Part shown: positions 24,153 to 38,898 of the stretch, piece by piece
Layout: every line of letters begins with the position of its first letter
Numbering within the stretch: position 1 is the first letter of the stretch
Assembly (NCBI GenBank): GCA_043228905.1
Contig: JBHGNT010000010.1
Coordinates: 20,274,001-20,338,000 of the forward strand
Source of the DNA: Azolla caroliniana
Lineage: Eukaryota; Plantae; Polypodiophyta
Direction: 5' to 3'
Length of the DNA stretch: 64,000 nt
The notes under the pieces: model-generated
What the model saw: only the letters and a program-made list of their open reading frames with translations
The model's database searches: none
What the model was told of the DNA's origin: nothing
Translations under genes and position numbers: made by a program

Positions 24153-27100
24153 GTTTGTCTATTCCCTTTGAGAAGAAAGCCTCTCCTTTGAAATTTTGGT
24201 TGTAAAGCCTATACATATTTGAGTATGGGCTTGCTTTTTAGCTTTTCTTTTTTCTAATCTTTGTGCTTCTTCTTCTTCTTCTTTTATTCTTCTTCTCGGG
24301 TTACCTTACGGAAAAATGCTTACTTTTCTTCGTCAAAAACACGTTGGTGGTGTTAATTCATGCAAGACATTCGCGCCGCGACACGTTGTGCTACACGCAC
24401 GTAATGTCTTGTTTGTTTAAATAAAATTCCCCAAACTCACATCTTTCCATTACCTACATCCAATACACATATTCTAACCTCAAGGTCGACAACTATGAGA
24501 AGGTTCAAACATTCTCCATTTAGAGCCTCGGATTTTTGACTAATTAGAGACCTAACATTATGGTCTTAACCTACAGTCTACACACGAAGCTCTGCATACC
24601 TAGGTAGTTTGTGTGATGCGTGACTGCATGGAAATATGTTTACATTATATTTTCCACTTAGATTCCAACACTCCGATTAGATCTTGACATTTTTGAGGTT
24701 CTACAAGTTAACTAGAGCCTCAAAAGGACACAACGGAGGAAAATACGGACTTGCCCAAACTTCCAACTTTATGTTACCTTTTTCCACGCATGTGTTTTTC
24801 TAGTCCTAGCCCTTTTTTGGCTTGTCCATATCATACATTTGACCTAGGCTAATTAACCAAGTTAACTTCCTAAGTTCCTGGCGCCTCAACCTTCCCGAAC
24901 TTATTCTAGAGATTTCATGCGCAAACATAGCACAAGACAATTGTTGTGATACCTATCCCCAATACACCTTTGAACATTCAAAACTTGTGCGTTTGTTTGG
25001 GAAAATTTATGTCATTGGAAGGCTCATTAAACTTTCCCGGTTAGCTTTTTCGTGAAACGTTGACCAGTAATGATTCTTGAGATTCGTTTTATTCTATTGT
25101 GTTGTCCCCATTCCACATTATTTATTGGTCATCGAAAAGTAGCCTTGGTTATTACCATTTGTTTCCCTCGAAAATATGTTTCATTCTCTACGTGTACACA
25201 ATGTTTTCTAACCTCCGAATTCTAAACACAGATAAACTTTTCTGGAACAAAATCCTAGTTCTCCTTTTCAACCCATCCTTACCATTAGTGATTCCTATTT
25301 GAACCCTATAATGTTCAACAAGTTGTCGAGGCTTTTATTGAATCTTCTTTAAACCACAAAACACTTTACTTTCCTCCATTCATATGTTATCCCCAATTGT
25401 CTATCAATTTATAAAATAATAAATAGTTTCTTCATAAAATGTCCAAATAGACCCACCTACTTAATGTTCTCTATTATTTTCTCCACCACCTTTAAAAAAC
25501 AACTTAAAAAGTATTGATGGATGCCTTTACTAATTATGCAAATTGCAATAGAGAGAGCACCATACACTTCTTTCTTCTTCATTTCCTTTTATGAAGACTT
25601 TGATCATGAAGTGTCGGTGGAAGATCTAATCTGAATGTAAATGTTCTTTTAAAAACAAAGAAGAGAATTACCAGACATATCTTAAAAGTTTTGAAAGATA
25701 CCCTTTTGAAAATTTTAGTTCTTCAAATTTCAATACTACAACTAATAATAAATATAATAATAATATGTCTACAACTCATACATGGGTCATTTTCCTACTA
25801 AAGAATTCTAAAATTATTGAATGGATCTATCTATTCACAAGATACAACGTTTTCCAACTTGAGACAACTATCTAGCAAGCATAAAAAGAATGGTGCTATG
25901 AATATATATAAGTTCTTTGCAAGTAGAAATCATAAATATGAATGATGAATGAACTTCTTGTCCCAACATTATGTTTAACTTATTTCAATGTTATGCTTCA
26001 CATATTAAGAATTCAATATGGTTTTCCATCATCTTCAAATCAAAACTTGTGCTTGACGTACGTAGTGCATATTTTAAAAGAACAGTATTAGAAGACTATG
26101 TTTCAATGATGTGCTTGTGAAGTCGCCTATAAATTTATTTTCATATCAAACAATTAGCACTCCAATTCATTACAAAAAAGTGATGCATTAGGTTCGAGAG
26201 TGGTTAGTTTAGTGCATTCAATCAACAAGTTGGAATGTACTAATTTGAAATGGTATATATTAACATGTACATAGAAGTTATTGTCATTGTCTATTTAGTG
26301 TCATGAAATGTATCGTTATAAACTTTTACACTTATGGGATTGGTTTTAAAGAACACCATTTGGCCCACACATTAGATGTTGATGGCTATGCATTCTTTCA
26401 GATAAACATATGTTGCAAGTATCTCATTGAATTGAAAACATGCATTGTGCATATTGCAGAGTTAAAATTTAAGTCCTAACATATTAAGCGCATATATTGG
26501 TGTGGCTGACTGATTTCAGTTTTTAAAAGAGACCATCTGGCGTCAACACAAGGTCCATAGGTTTGCTATATGGAACCCTAATAGGCTTCCATATATTGAC
26601 ATTTCCCATGAGAAAATTGAAGTTAAAGCCAACTAGGAAAAAGCAGCCAGCAAGAAAGTCGAAGTGTTTTTTGTAAAAATATTCCCCTCTCTCAAAGTGA
26701 GGGAAAGGAGATGATCAACCAAACTATAAACAAATTGCAATTGATTTGTATATTCTTCTTGCAATAAACAATAGATGATAAAAGTTGAAAATATAGGGTA
26801 TACCCTATTGGGTCTAGCCTTGCATATAAACATCCCCTAAATAAAGAGACCCAATGTGAACACCGTGCAAAGCCCATTTTTGGAACCAATGAAACTCTAG
26901 ATTGTAAACCTATTTAAATGCACTCCTCCACATCCTTTTTCATGATTTATGGCAATGTCACGTATTGTAGCTTCATATTGCTTAGAGCAATATTTTATAG
27001 CTTATTGCTTGTAATTGTGTTGACCTGATTGTTAAGGTTTGTCTTATGTTTGTCCTAAAATTTTATCAGCCATAACCATGCATAATATCACACCTCGCAC

Positions 27101-30100
27101 TTCTAAGATAAGGAGAAGTAATAATCGAGCTTCAATGCATTTGTTTTTTCTTGAATAAAGGTATGGGGTGCTCATAATCCCAACACATGATCATCACATG
27201 TCGCACACACGTAGTAGCACATGCTTTAGGAGTTATGCAGTGAAAAAATGGTCTAGAATCCTTTAGAGAAGTTTGAAGTGTCCCTATGAGTGTAGCCATG
27301 TAATTTGCATGAGGTTTTCTTTTATTTGGTAGTTGGAAGCATATTAATGTTATAATGTATACACATAATGGTTACGAAAGAGACATGCCCTTATTATAGA
27401 GGGGGCTATCATAGAAGACCTTGAAGAAAAATCTATTGACTATGCATCTATCCATTGAATATGAAGCTTATATTGTCTCCTTATATCAATATATGGTAAT
27501 TCAACAAATTTCGAGGTAATCCTGAAGTTCTCAAAAGCATCGAGGTGCTACAATGAAAACATTCATATAAATAGTATTATTCTAAGAATACTTCCATGTC
27601 TTGTGCTAGTAAACGAGCTAGTTAGTAGAAATAAACAAGCTTGTAATTGAAATGAAGAGACATAATGTTTTTGATCAAGAGGGACAAATGGGTTAAAAGT
27701 TACATGGCCTTTCCAGAAAAGGGACATTGGGGATAAGAATCCCCGGGGAATAAAAGGACGAACACATCCCATTACCATCAACATTTCGAAGGAGATGATC
27801 AAGAACAAGACAAGTAAGACCACAATTTGTAAAGGTTTGTTGGCTTAGACATGTCAAAAGTCTATGCCACACAAACAAATATTATTTCGTATCTGGAAAG
27901 AAAAAGGTGGTCTTTAAGAAGCATGTACTCAATAGAGAAAAAGCATAGATGTTTTCTACCTGGCAAAAATTCCTACTACAAAATACAATAACTAGAGCAA
28001 ACCCACACACACACATCGCCGTGTGTTCCTTTTTCCCTATGGGTCTAATAATTAAGAAATTTGTATCTAAGAATTTGAAAACAAGTCGAGCCCAAGTTTT
28101 AATATTTGCTTGCTCGCAAATGAATCCGATCTCCAACCTTCCTTTGATAGCAAGTTCTCTCATCTTCTCTTTACATCCATAACCTTATACATTTGACCCC
28201 AAATGACAACCCCTTGAATGTGACGTGAACATTTTTGGATTACATAGCATATGTTTACATGGATTACATTAAAACTCCTAGAAAAGTGGTGTTGAGTTGT
28301 GAACTAATTGGGATTAACTCTAATTTGTGACTTTCTATGGGAATACCCCAATTAATTGAAATCGACACGTCATCTGCCTTTACTTATCCATTTGTCTTAA
28401 GGGAACCTTAGTGGTATTTTATGCTCCATAAGGGTGTATTGCTCCAACATGTAGATTATTCTTCAAATATAGCTAGTTTTTTCGGATAGAGTTTAGCTGC
28501 ATTTGATAGCATTATGTTACTATTTTGATCCACAAAGTTAACTAGAGAGGGAACATATATATATATATATGTATATGTATATATATATAATATAATTATT
28601 TTTGCTAGATGTCCCCTAAGACAATAACATTCACTCACTTGCTATTTGGGGGGTACATGTCAAATGCTATAGTGAAGCAGTCTCTTGTTACATTTATTTA
28701 TTTTAATGCTTCAAATTTGATTCAAAACTCTTGAACATTTATTTATAGCTTTGATTCTCTGAGGTTGCAAATGAGTTTAAACTTTAATGTCGAATGACTT
28801 GTCATCACGAAAATGTAAATTTCTTAAAGGCAACCCTCGGGCCTCGACTATATTTTATTGCTTGGGATTGGTAAAGATAAATATGACCATAAAGAGGACA
28901 TTAATGAACTACAATAGGTTTGAATCAAACAACTAAAAAATAATGTATTGGACAACCAATGTAGATGCAAATAGAAGTCTGGTTTCTAGGATGGCATAGA
29001 AACAACCATCCGAAGGGGATGCAACATAGTTTTTAGTCTCGAGGCTCAAGAACCATGACGATCACAAAAGGCCTAAAGGTATGTTATATGTGCATATGCA
29101 TGTGTGGGGTTCAATTTGATTATGAAGAGGCCCGTAAAGACGAACATGGTGATGTGTAACCTCGAAAGAAGCAAAGTTTAAATGTAATAACATTTGTTTC
29201 ACAATGAGCTTCAAACTATTGAAGTAAAATATCATGAAGGTATGTTGTCTTAAACCTCATGGAAATCCCTTCTTTGGAATATTTCCTAAGCAATTCTTCC
29301 ACAGTTGTTGACTTTATTTTCCATATATATTTAATCTTTTAATCATGGTGTTTATTGGTTTAGTCCAAAACCAATTTTGTGGTTGTAATTTCGACATAGA
29401 TTTTAAGTATACTGACACGCGAAGTGCTTCAATTGTTTTTGTTCAAAATTGCACGAACCCTAGAATTCTGCAAAATAATGTTGGACTATATACAATACTA
29501 TTTCCATTTCCCATGAAAACCAATTATGTCAACAATGATTAGAAAACATAAATATACATAAATTTAGTTAGGATGTCCATGTTCAACATGAATTACGGAC
29601 TTAAAGTAGCTCAAGACCGTGTTACCCTTAGTCCTCTAATGTTAGTCACTAGGGGGACCACATAAACAAGTCAAATCTCGTTGATCCTACCGTGCATACA
29701 ATATGATTATGATGCTTCACAATATACATATATAAACCAAAACATGAGTGCTTTTGCAATGTAGTTTCAATTGAGACAATGATAATGAATTTTACAAAAT
29801 GGTTCAATGCTAAATGTAAAACCTATATCTCATTGCCATATTGCTTCTTTACAAATCTCATATCTAGTCTCGTATGCATTTATTTGGGATCAAAATGGCG
29901 GAGAGGTTTTATGTACATAGATAGGTTTGTGGTGTAAACTCCAAGAATATTCTAAATATGTTCGACACATATTTTCCCATTTTGCATTTCAAAAGGCCAT
30001 CCATGATCATCATATAGAAAAAATGTAATCAATATGCATACAAATGATCATGTGACTTCAAGAACTCGAGAAAGATTTGATAAATCAAACCAGTCACAAA

Positions 30101-31679
30101 TATAAATGAGAAGCATACAAAGTGTACAGTTCTCTCGACAACATCATCATGGAAGTAGCAGTTCACGATGACTGCGAATTGTCTTTAGATTTCCATTGTC
30201 AACGTCCAACAATATTGTTACACTATTTTTTATCAATAATAGTACTAACATAGGATATGTGTGATCTCAAATTTGTCAAGTTGGAGTACTTAGCGTACAT
30301 ATGCAAAAAGAATCACAAATAACAAAATTAAAATCATCGTTTCTAGCACATTCATTTATTCAATCGTCTTTGGCTATGCAACTATTTTTTGCAACCGGCT
30401 AGACCTCTATAGAGCTGCAAAAAATGCTTAAATTCATGTGGACTAGCATTGTATGGTCCAAGGGGTGAAAGACCTTTGGAAACTTTTCATATCCGTAAAA
30501 TCATGCGATTGTGAACATCTTCTTTTTCCCCAATTACCCACAATTGTCAAAACTCAAGACAAAGACTTGTTCTTTCCTTTTTTATTTTATATGTAGCATA
30601 CATGTGGGTTGTGTATATGTTTTCCTATGCATGAGGGTGAATAGAAGAATTCTAGGTTTGTAATATTTAAAACCCTAATGGAATTTGGTATGGTTATCAC
30701 TATGCTGCAATAAAGTTGACTACTTACTGCCCAAGGTGAAAATGCGAAGAAAGTTACCTGAGAAATCATTGTTAGTAGTAAACATGACGTATAGATTTTC
30801 GTGTCCTGTGTTTGATATTGACTTTGGATTTCATTGAAAACATTTCATTGATGGTTGTTAATAGTATCAAAAAGGGTTTGATAGCTGTTAATTTCATTGA
30901 TGTGCAACATTTATGTTCAATGTAGCCCACAATAGTGAAACTTGGAACAAATTATGAATTTCAATCATAAGATTAGCTATTGAACCATTATAATGTGTGT
31001 GGTGTTGTGTGCGTACAATATAGCTACATAAACAATATGTAGACCATAACATACACCTAAGACTTCAATAAATTAACCAACAACCAACTCCTTCCAAATG
31101 AGTACAATATTTGTGAATCATTTTAATTAGATGCGCTGATGTAGTTAGCTAAGATTTTTTTTATTCGACATATCGGATGAGGTTTTCAATAGTGTTTTGG
31201 AAAGGAAAGATCTGATTGAAAATTATTTAAAAACAATGAACACTATTGTGTAGGTCTCTAAGTCGGTAGCTTACAAGCCTAACTATTAAAAGCCGCATTC
31301 ATATTCGGCACCATCTTTTTGAGAGAAATAAGGATTGAAACGAAGGAAAAGAAATGGTCTACATCAATGTCAAGCAATGAACATATGTATGCGTTATCTT
31401 CTTGTCTTGTAAAGGATTCAATTCTTATAGGCTATAATCATCTTAAGCTGTTGAGATATCAATTTGATCCTTCACTTTTCAGAAATTTAGATATTCCAGT
31501 CATCCTCTTCATCTTTGTCTACCCTACCTCCCTTCTTACGTGGCTTTGCACCCTAATATTTAGGTGCACATAAAAGAACATTCCCAAGAACAGGAAGCCT
31601 ACTGCAACAACCACACAATAATCCTAAACAAAAATGTCAACTTTGTATTTTGTAAGTACATTCATTGGCAATGCGTGCA

Positions 31680-31712
<33 letters not shown>

Positions 31713-31723
31713 GCGTGTGCGTG
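31680..31723. repeat. (GT)n / (GTGC) microsatellite
   Basis: Seen directly. Confidence 0.95.
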
Positions 31724-33392
31724 TTTGAGTTGGTAGTATATGGTAAAAGGTAAAGTATCTATTGAACATAAGCATTATATACAAACTATATTCAAAAGGA
31801 GGCATGTGTACATGTTACTTTACATAGATCCATAATGATACATACTCAATTGTAGGCGTATGGAGGGAGAGTTGGAACGAATGTTGCTATCAAGAATTAT
31901 CTTATGCATACAAATAAATATGCGTGATTCGAGCCATATACATGGGGGCAAGTAATAACTCGCAAATATAGAACAAAGTCTTTAACAAGGAGGTAATTCA
32001 CATGTTAATGATACTGAATGATAGATTTAGAAATGCATTAATCATAAACTGGTGGAATAAATACCACAACATTAAATAGGATACACAACACACACACACA
32101 CACACACACACACATGTGCATAATCTTGGTGTTATAAGATGTTAATATATCTTTTTCTCTTTCTCTTTCTCTTTTTGTATTAGGGATACACCTTAGTGTA
32201 AGCCATATATTGAGCAAATCCACACATTAGGGAATATGTTAATATAGTGGCTTGACTAGCGGGGTTACCTACAATGCCATTGAAAAAGAAACAAATAATT
32301 CCTACTTTTCAATAGGGAACATGTTAATATAGTGGCTTGACTCGTTGGGTACCTAAAATGCAATCCATGGAATTGAAAAGTAGGAATTTGGATATTCATG
32401 TACTAATTCCAATAATTCATCGATTTCTACGCCCTCTCAATTCTCTTCTCCACTCCTATGATATCTGATCATGTTAAATGTGGTCAATCTCTCTTATGAT
32501 TAATTAGTTTTTTTTTTTTTTTTGTCGTCTCTCTCTGTCTCTCTCTTCCCCCACTTAGTTTGGTTCTCCTTGCTCCCCTCTTTCATGTGATGTCATTTAT
32601 TTGTTTCTCTCCTCAATCTGAGTAAGTCATCATCACATGTCCATGATATGTTGTTATCAATGATTATGAAAGGAAGGTCCTACAACTATCAATTTTGGGG
32701 CGTCATTTAGATGTATTTCAACACATACCTAACCACCCCATTAATCTTCGTAAATTAAGTCGCCTTATTTCTATTCATTTTGCACAAGCTTGAAGGCCAT
32801 GAATTGCTTGTGTGGCATTAAAATAGAAATTTGCACATTGATTGAGCCAAACTTCATTGAACGATCGAATTCAGACTTAAAACTCTGTTTTACATCTTAT
32901 CGTGACAACATGTCTATCTCACTTTCCCCCATTCCGTTAAATCTCACTTATTACACACGGACATCTGTATGAACCTACATAATGAATGGAAGATGCGCAA
33001 AACCACACAGGAGTTGGAAACTCTTGTGTTTGGAATTAAGAAAAGTGGCAAACACACACTCACAAATTTCCCATGAAATAATTGGTTTGATAACAAATAG
33101 TAAAGACATTCGCAAATAACTAAGAAAAAAACCCCTATGAAATCCATGAAGGGGTTTAAGGTTTAAAGGACATATTTACAACACACTCGTGAGAAGTGTA
33201 GACATAAATAAAGAACGACAAAAGGAGAAAGAATATGACAAACAAACAAGATGATGCATGGAAACCATTTAAGAGGGAAAAGAATGGGGTTAAAAAAAGA
33301 GCATATGTTAATATATGTCCATTCACATACGCCCACTTCAATGCATACAATGTTGCACTATGTGTAATGTTGTATGTTTGCGTAATCGTGTA

Positions 33393-33550
33393 TAGGAGTT
33401 GATAACAACTCTCATCAAGCCAAAACGAAGTTGTTAAATTGTTTAAAACTGTTTTGGCAATTCAGCCCAGTTCAAGCTTGAGATTCCTTAACTGGTTTGA
33501 ACTTGATTCAGTTCGGCTTGAGCTTTGCCAAACTGGTTTAGACTTAAATG
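33393..33550. mobile_element. Truncated, decayed copy of the hAT-type MITE at 40741-41009
   Basis: Starts taggagttgataacaactc and aligns by eye with the reverse complement of that element's right end (gttaaa..gttt.aaac...ttggc..ttc...ttccttaac.ggtt). Many differences are at CG sites. Confidence 0.6.
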
Positions 33551-35118
33551 ATTTGTCCACATCCGTTCATGCTTAATTGGCGTGGCCCATGGAGCTCATG
33601 GTATCATAGAGATGGTTCTTAAAGTTGAAAAACAACCCCGACATCAATTGTTTGCATGTGAAGCAAGTGAAAATGTTCAAAAGATATGGAAGAAATGAAT
33701 TGAGTTCTAGAAAACTGAAAGATGTAAAAGAATAGTTTGGAATATGGAATGCATAGGACTTGCTTCATGGTATCTAAATAGATTCCTCTTAGAAAATTAG
33801 GCTTTTTGCAATCCCAACATGTCTCACACATCATATTACATATGTTGTATGGAATTACAAAACCACATTCACACATCATATTACATATGTTGTATAGAAT
33901 TACAAATCCCCTTGTCCATTGTTTCCAAACACAACTTAATTCAAATCCTCTTCTTGTATCATGACATTAGGGCAAAGGTTTGTAGATTCAATGAAAATAC
34001 ATATTCGTTGTCTCAACCTCATGTTTTGTTCCATTGACAAGATATCCACTTCCGCAATTCGTTTGTTTTGCACTTTGGTTCTTGAAACATTGGCCATTAA
34101 ATAGTATCTATACACTTATACTTGAGTACCTACCAATGTTTTTTAGGGTATTGTATTAGTATATAAGTATGCGAGCTTAACTCTCCAAAAGTCGGAGATA
34201 TGCACATGGTTCACTTGTTTGCTTTCACATGTGCAACTTTTCCGATTTCTTCAAAATATTCCCATAAACAACTATACAATCGAACATCATGAGCAATTGA
34301 GCCTTTACATAATCTTTATTACCAACTAACGAAGTGCTAAAATTAATTGGAAGTAGCATTAGGTTGTCTTATTTGAATGAGCAAACAAGTAATGTCTCAA
34401 TATTATGAAATGACTACAAAAGCCGTGACTATCAAAATGGTCGGTTCTAATTTATGACATGTAAAACTAGAAAAAAGTGATATCATTAAGTTTTCCAAAG
34501 TGTCTTTGTTTTTGTCAAAAATGCACATTTCATCTTTATGCAACAATCTCATTGAACACAAGTAAAACAAACAACTCTAACGAATATTTAAAAAAGATCA
34601 TGGACATTAATGGTCACCAACTTCTCAAAACAATCAATAGGATAGTAGGGCCCCGCCCCACCAATTATTGTCGTCTTATTTTTGTTTCAGCTACAATGTT
34701 TGTTGCTTGTAAGCACTTCCTCCCCAAATCAAGCATCTCCTCTATTCCAAATATTGACATGGAGTTTGGCAATACATTAGCATAAAACATGATGATCTTA
34801 TAAAGGTAAAAGCAAGTATGAACTCACATTCCTCCAGAATCTCCATGTTTCCCTTTTTTAAGGCCCATCTTTTGTACGAGTGTGCTGATCATCGTGATGT
34901 TTTTAGATGCGAAGGTCCTCACAAGTGACAAATATCTATAATGTGAATGATTTCAAACAAGGCACTATGCAATAAAGCACAATATGAAAATGATTGTCTT
35001 AATAATTCATATAAGTGACTTTCAATGTTTTCTCAAATGATAGTTAAAAGAGTTGCAAACTTTGTCATATCAATTTCAAAAGCTGAAACATATATGCATG
35101 ACATTATAACAATAAGGT

Positions 35119-35680
35119 TAGCGATGGGCGTGGTTCGGTTTCGGTTCGGTTCGGTTTCCTGGCCTTGAAACCAAACCATACCATTTATTTATATTAAAAA
35201 CCAAACCAAACTGTTTAAAATTTATGAAGCCATTTAAATCGAACCATTCAAACCAAACCGTTTATGAAAAATTTAGAACCAAACCAAATTTATAAACCGA
35301 TAAACCTTTCAACCAAACCACATAAGCTAAAACCGCTAAACCATGAAATTCAAAACCAAACCGAACCAAAACCGATAAGCCGATAAGCCACTAAACCACT
35401 AAACCACTAAACCATGAAATTCAAAACCAAACCGGATCATAATATTTGAAACCAAACCAAATGGTTTATTTATCTTTGAGCCAATAAACCAAACCGAACC
35501 AAAACCGATAAGCCGATAAGCCACTAAACCACTAAACCACTAAACCATGAAATTCAAAACCAAACCGGATCATAATATTTGAAACCAAACCAAATGGTTT
35601 ATTTATCTTTGAGCCAATAAACCATTAAGCCATGGCTTAACGGTTCGGTTCGGTTCGAGCCAAAACCGTGCCCATTGCTA
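35119..35680. mobile_element. hAT-type MITE (562 bp) with internal 133-bp perfect tandem duplication
   Basis: TIRs TAGCGATGGGCGTGGTT / AACCGTGCCCATTGCTA. The 8-bp TSD is AATAAGGT (35111-35118) / AGTAAGGT (35681-35688). Subterminal AAACC/GGTTC repeats are present, and ccgaaccaaaaccgataagcc... repeats at 35361 and 35494. Confidence 0.88.
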
Positions 35681-37365
35681 AGTAAGGTTGTGGGTTCAAA
35701 TCTCATGCCATGGATTTTGATGGTGTTTTCATTTTACAACTCTTCTCATGTATAGTTGAGAATAATGTTTCTCCTCAATAAAAACAAATATCTAGGTTTC
35801 CATTGACTACCCTAAACTCAAGTAGTGAAAAACTAGATCTCTCTCCCTCTCTTATACATGTGCATACTTTTTAGCATTACTTCCTATTATTGGCAAGCAA
35901 TACTCACAACATTTACACAATCATGCATAAATATGCCAACCAATGTCATGAAGATATGACTAAGATAAATGGCTGATATGAGGAAAATGAAAATAGCTTG
36001 TACAATTCATAAACCAAAATTTTGCTTGTTATGAATAGTGCAATGTGTCACCAATGCCTAGTATTGGATGCATGCAAGAAATATGGCAAGGACCCAATTT
36101 AAAAAGCCATAGAGCCAAAAAACAAAATAAGAATTTATATGTAGGGATTTGTGATCGTTGAATGTGGAAAGAAGTGTTTGGGGCAAAGTTTTGAGTAGAT
36201 GGAGAAGGGTTCTATTACTAGTGGCCAAAGCAGAAGAAATAGGCATTCCTTAAGTGCCCATTCATTCATCCACACCCCTTTGACTTCTTTCTTTCCACCA
36301 AATCAAAAACTTTCACATACACCCCCCGAATGTTTTACCTAATTGTGAGCCAACCAAGAGTTGAAAGAAATAACTTATAACAAATGGACAAGAATATGGT
36401 CCAACAAAAGTTGGCTCTCACACCCCCAAGGCATGTGATGCACATACTAAGGCCATACTTTTGACTTTCACCAAGGATAATATATTTTCATTATTTGCAG
36501 CTACATCCATTATGGTCTTTACACATTGTAAGACAATAAATATGTCCCATGAGTCTCACATTTGGCTAACAATATTTGTACAACACCACATAAATGGATG
36601 CTTCCAACCCTCATAGAATTACTTTGATTAGTATTATTCACTACCTACTTGAGTGGTATATGGCAAATGAGGGATTTTACCTTCTTGATGGCATGCAATA
36701 ACTCCTGTAACTTATTGTCTAGCTCCCAAAACATTTTGTTTTATGTAAAATGCATAAAACAAGTAACACTTGCATTCAAGGTTTATGTGCCGCAAAGTCA
36801 AGTAGAGTCGTTTCCAATCCAAGACATGGGAATGAATATCAAACCCTCTTGCTTGAGCAACCTATGTGATCCCTAAACTCTATAGTTCATGTTATCAATT
36901 CACAATGATGACTATACAAAGAGATTTAATTACGATCATTGATCAATTTGATGAATCACATTTTATTGAGGTTGTGAATGTATAGCGCTTCCTTAAGCAA
37001 TTAGGAAGTACTTGAGGATTACATATCTTGTGAAATGAAAGAGGTTATGCTAGATAAACACACCCAAACTCAAATGATAAAATATCTTGAAAAAACACGC
37101 ACCATATAAAGTAATAATAGGGTTAGCAAAACACTACCCAAATAAAATGAGAAAATTCGCAATTTTCTGGTGGTCATTATCTTGGTTTCTTTATTTTACA
37201 AGGTTTTGCTCAATTCGATTAAACATGAAACAATTGAGGAATTTTTCTACTGTTTTTTATTTTTCTTTGTGGAAGTTTCATAAGTTCTGCAATTATATGA
37301 TGCTATTTTATATATGTCTTTGTGTAGATCCTCTAACATGGTGGAGAAGTTAGGAAAGGGACAAA

Positions 37366-37845
37366 TAGCAATCGACAACAATTCAATTCGGTTCAATTCA
37401 CTTCGAGAGTGTCAAACTCAAACCATTTAAATAAATTGAAACTTAAACCGAAACGAAACAAACCATGGAACCATTTAAACTAAAATTGTTTAAACCAAAA
37501 CCATTCAAACTGTTTACAGCATAAATTTCGTGGTTCAATTTTAGTTTTCAAGTTAGGTCAAATTTCAAATTTTCAATTTTCCATTTAAAATTTTATATTT
37601 TCCAATATTTCAAAGTATTAAAGATTTTTCGTGAAATGTCAAATTTACGCTTAAAAATGAAAAGGTTGTCCAAAAAAATATTTAGAAAATAATCAAGTGG
37701 TAACCCTAAAACATCAAACCATTTAAACCACGGTTTCAAATTGTTTAAACCAAACTGAAACTGAACCGTTTAAAAACTTGAACCTAAACCAAACCAAACC
37801 GTTACGCCATTAAGCCATGTCAATCCAGTTCAAAGTTTGAACCAG
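37366..37845. mobile_element. Decayed hAT-type MITE of the same AAACC-rich family
   Basis: Starts TAGCAATCGACAACAATTC. It shares gtgtcaaactcaa and ccattaagccatg with the 58765 copy and ccattaagccatg with the 35119 copy. The right TIR is not recognisable. Confidence 0.6.
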
Positions 37846-38898
37846 ACAGACAAAGTCTTACTTTTGTTTTCACAATCGTTCAAAATGAATATGCAGTTGT
37901 CAAAGAACAAAGAGTTGCTTCCACTTGAATAAATTCCCCAATTAACTAGACAATAAGAACCACCACCAAATTGATTGATTTTTGGGTAGAACATTAGGGA
38001 TCCATGCGACAGCCATTTAGGTTCCTACTAAAATAGTCTCTTCCACCCTATTTACGCCCACACTTTGTGCTACCAATTTTGACCATCACTATGGCATTCT
38101 AAGCAATTGATCTCAATTTCAAGACAAGTCGTCTCCTCTTCAAGGCCAAACTTCCCTTCAAGTTTTTACATCATCTTATTTGGATGTAGTGTCATTTGCA
38201 TGTTTCACGACTAACCAACAGACAATATTTATCGTTCTCACAAATTATATGAAAAAGTGGATTCTGGCTTTCAAAATTATACCTTGACTTGTTGATGCTT
38301 TCTTTTTACACAAACAGAGCTGCAATCATACATTAATGGAGCCTTATATATACATATTCAAGTAATGTAACCCAAGATCTATATAGTAGCTGACCAAATG
38401 GCTGTCCAAGAAACACTGACTTCATTACAGTACCGAAGTCCTCCAGATAAATCATAATGAAGCATTGCATATTTAGCAAGAAGCAATGAATTTATCATTA
38501 ATAAAAAGGATGAAACATCTCAGTCCATAAATAATAGCCAATTGGCAAAACAGACTGCTCAAACTAATAAGAATGTGCTCACACAAATTGACACAAAATA
38601 GAGATGAAGTATGTTGAACTTTTATTTTAGTCTTATATTTCAAGATTGCATGCCATATATAAAGCTTGCACAGACAGTCAATAACAAGTGGCATACACTC
38701 GATTGTACATATTACAAGATTGGTCACGGATGATATATCATGACTACCAAGGCCAGATGAGATTTTGTGAGATTATATTTGGAAAACTTCCAGGCTTGGT
38801 GGGGAAATTAGAAATCAACATCATTATGTCAAATAATGTCAAATATGACCTATTTTTCTTTTCCATGCATCAAAATTAGGATGATATCAACTGTTACT

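Noticed and set aside
24400-31300. Possible decayed DNA-transposon coding fragments (C..H-like motifs near 26440 and 29090)
   Set aside because: They are too degenerate to assign by eye. A translated HMM search would be needed.
32845-32870. tgattgagcc resembling the miR171 5' end
   Set aside because: Only 10 nt match and no complementary star arm or hairpin is visible.
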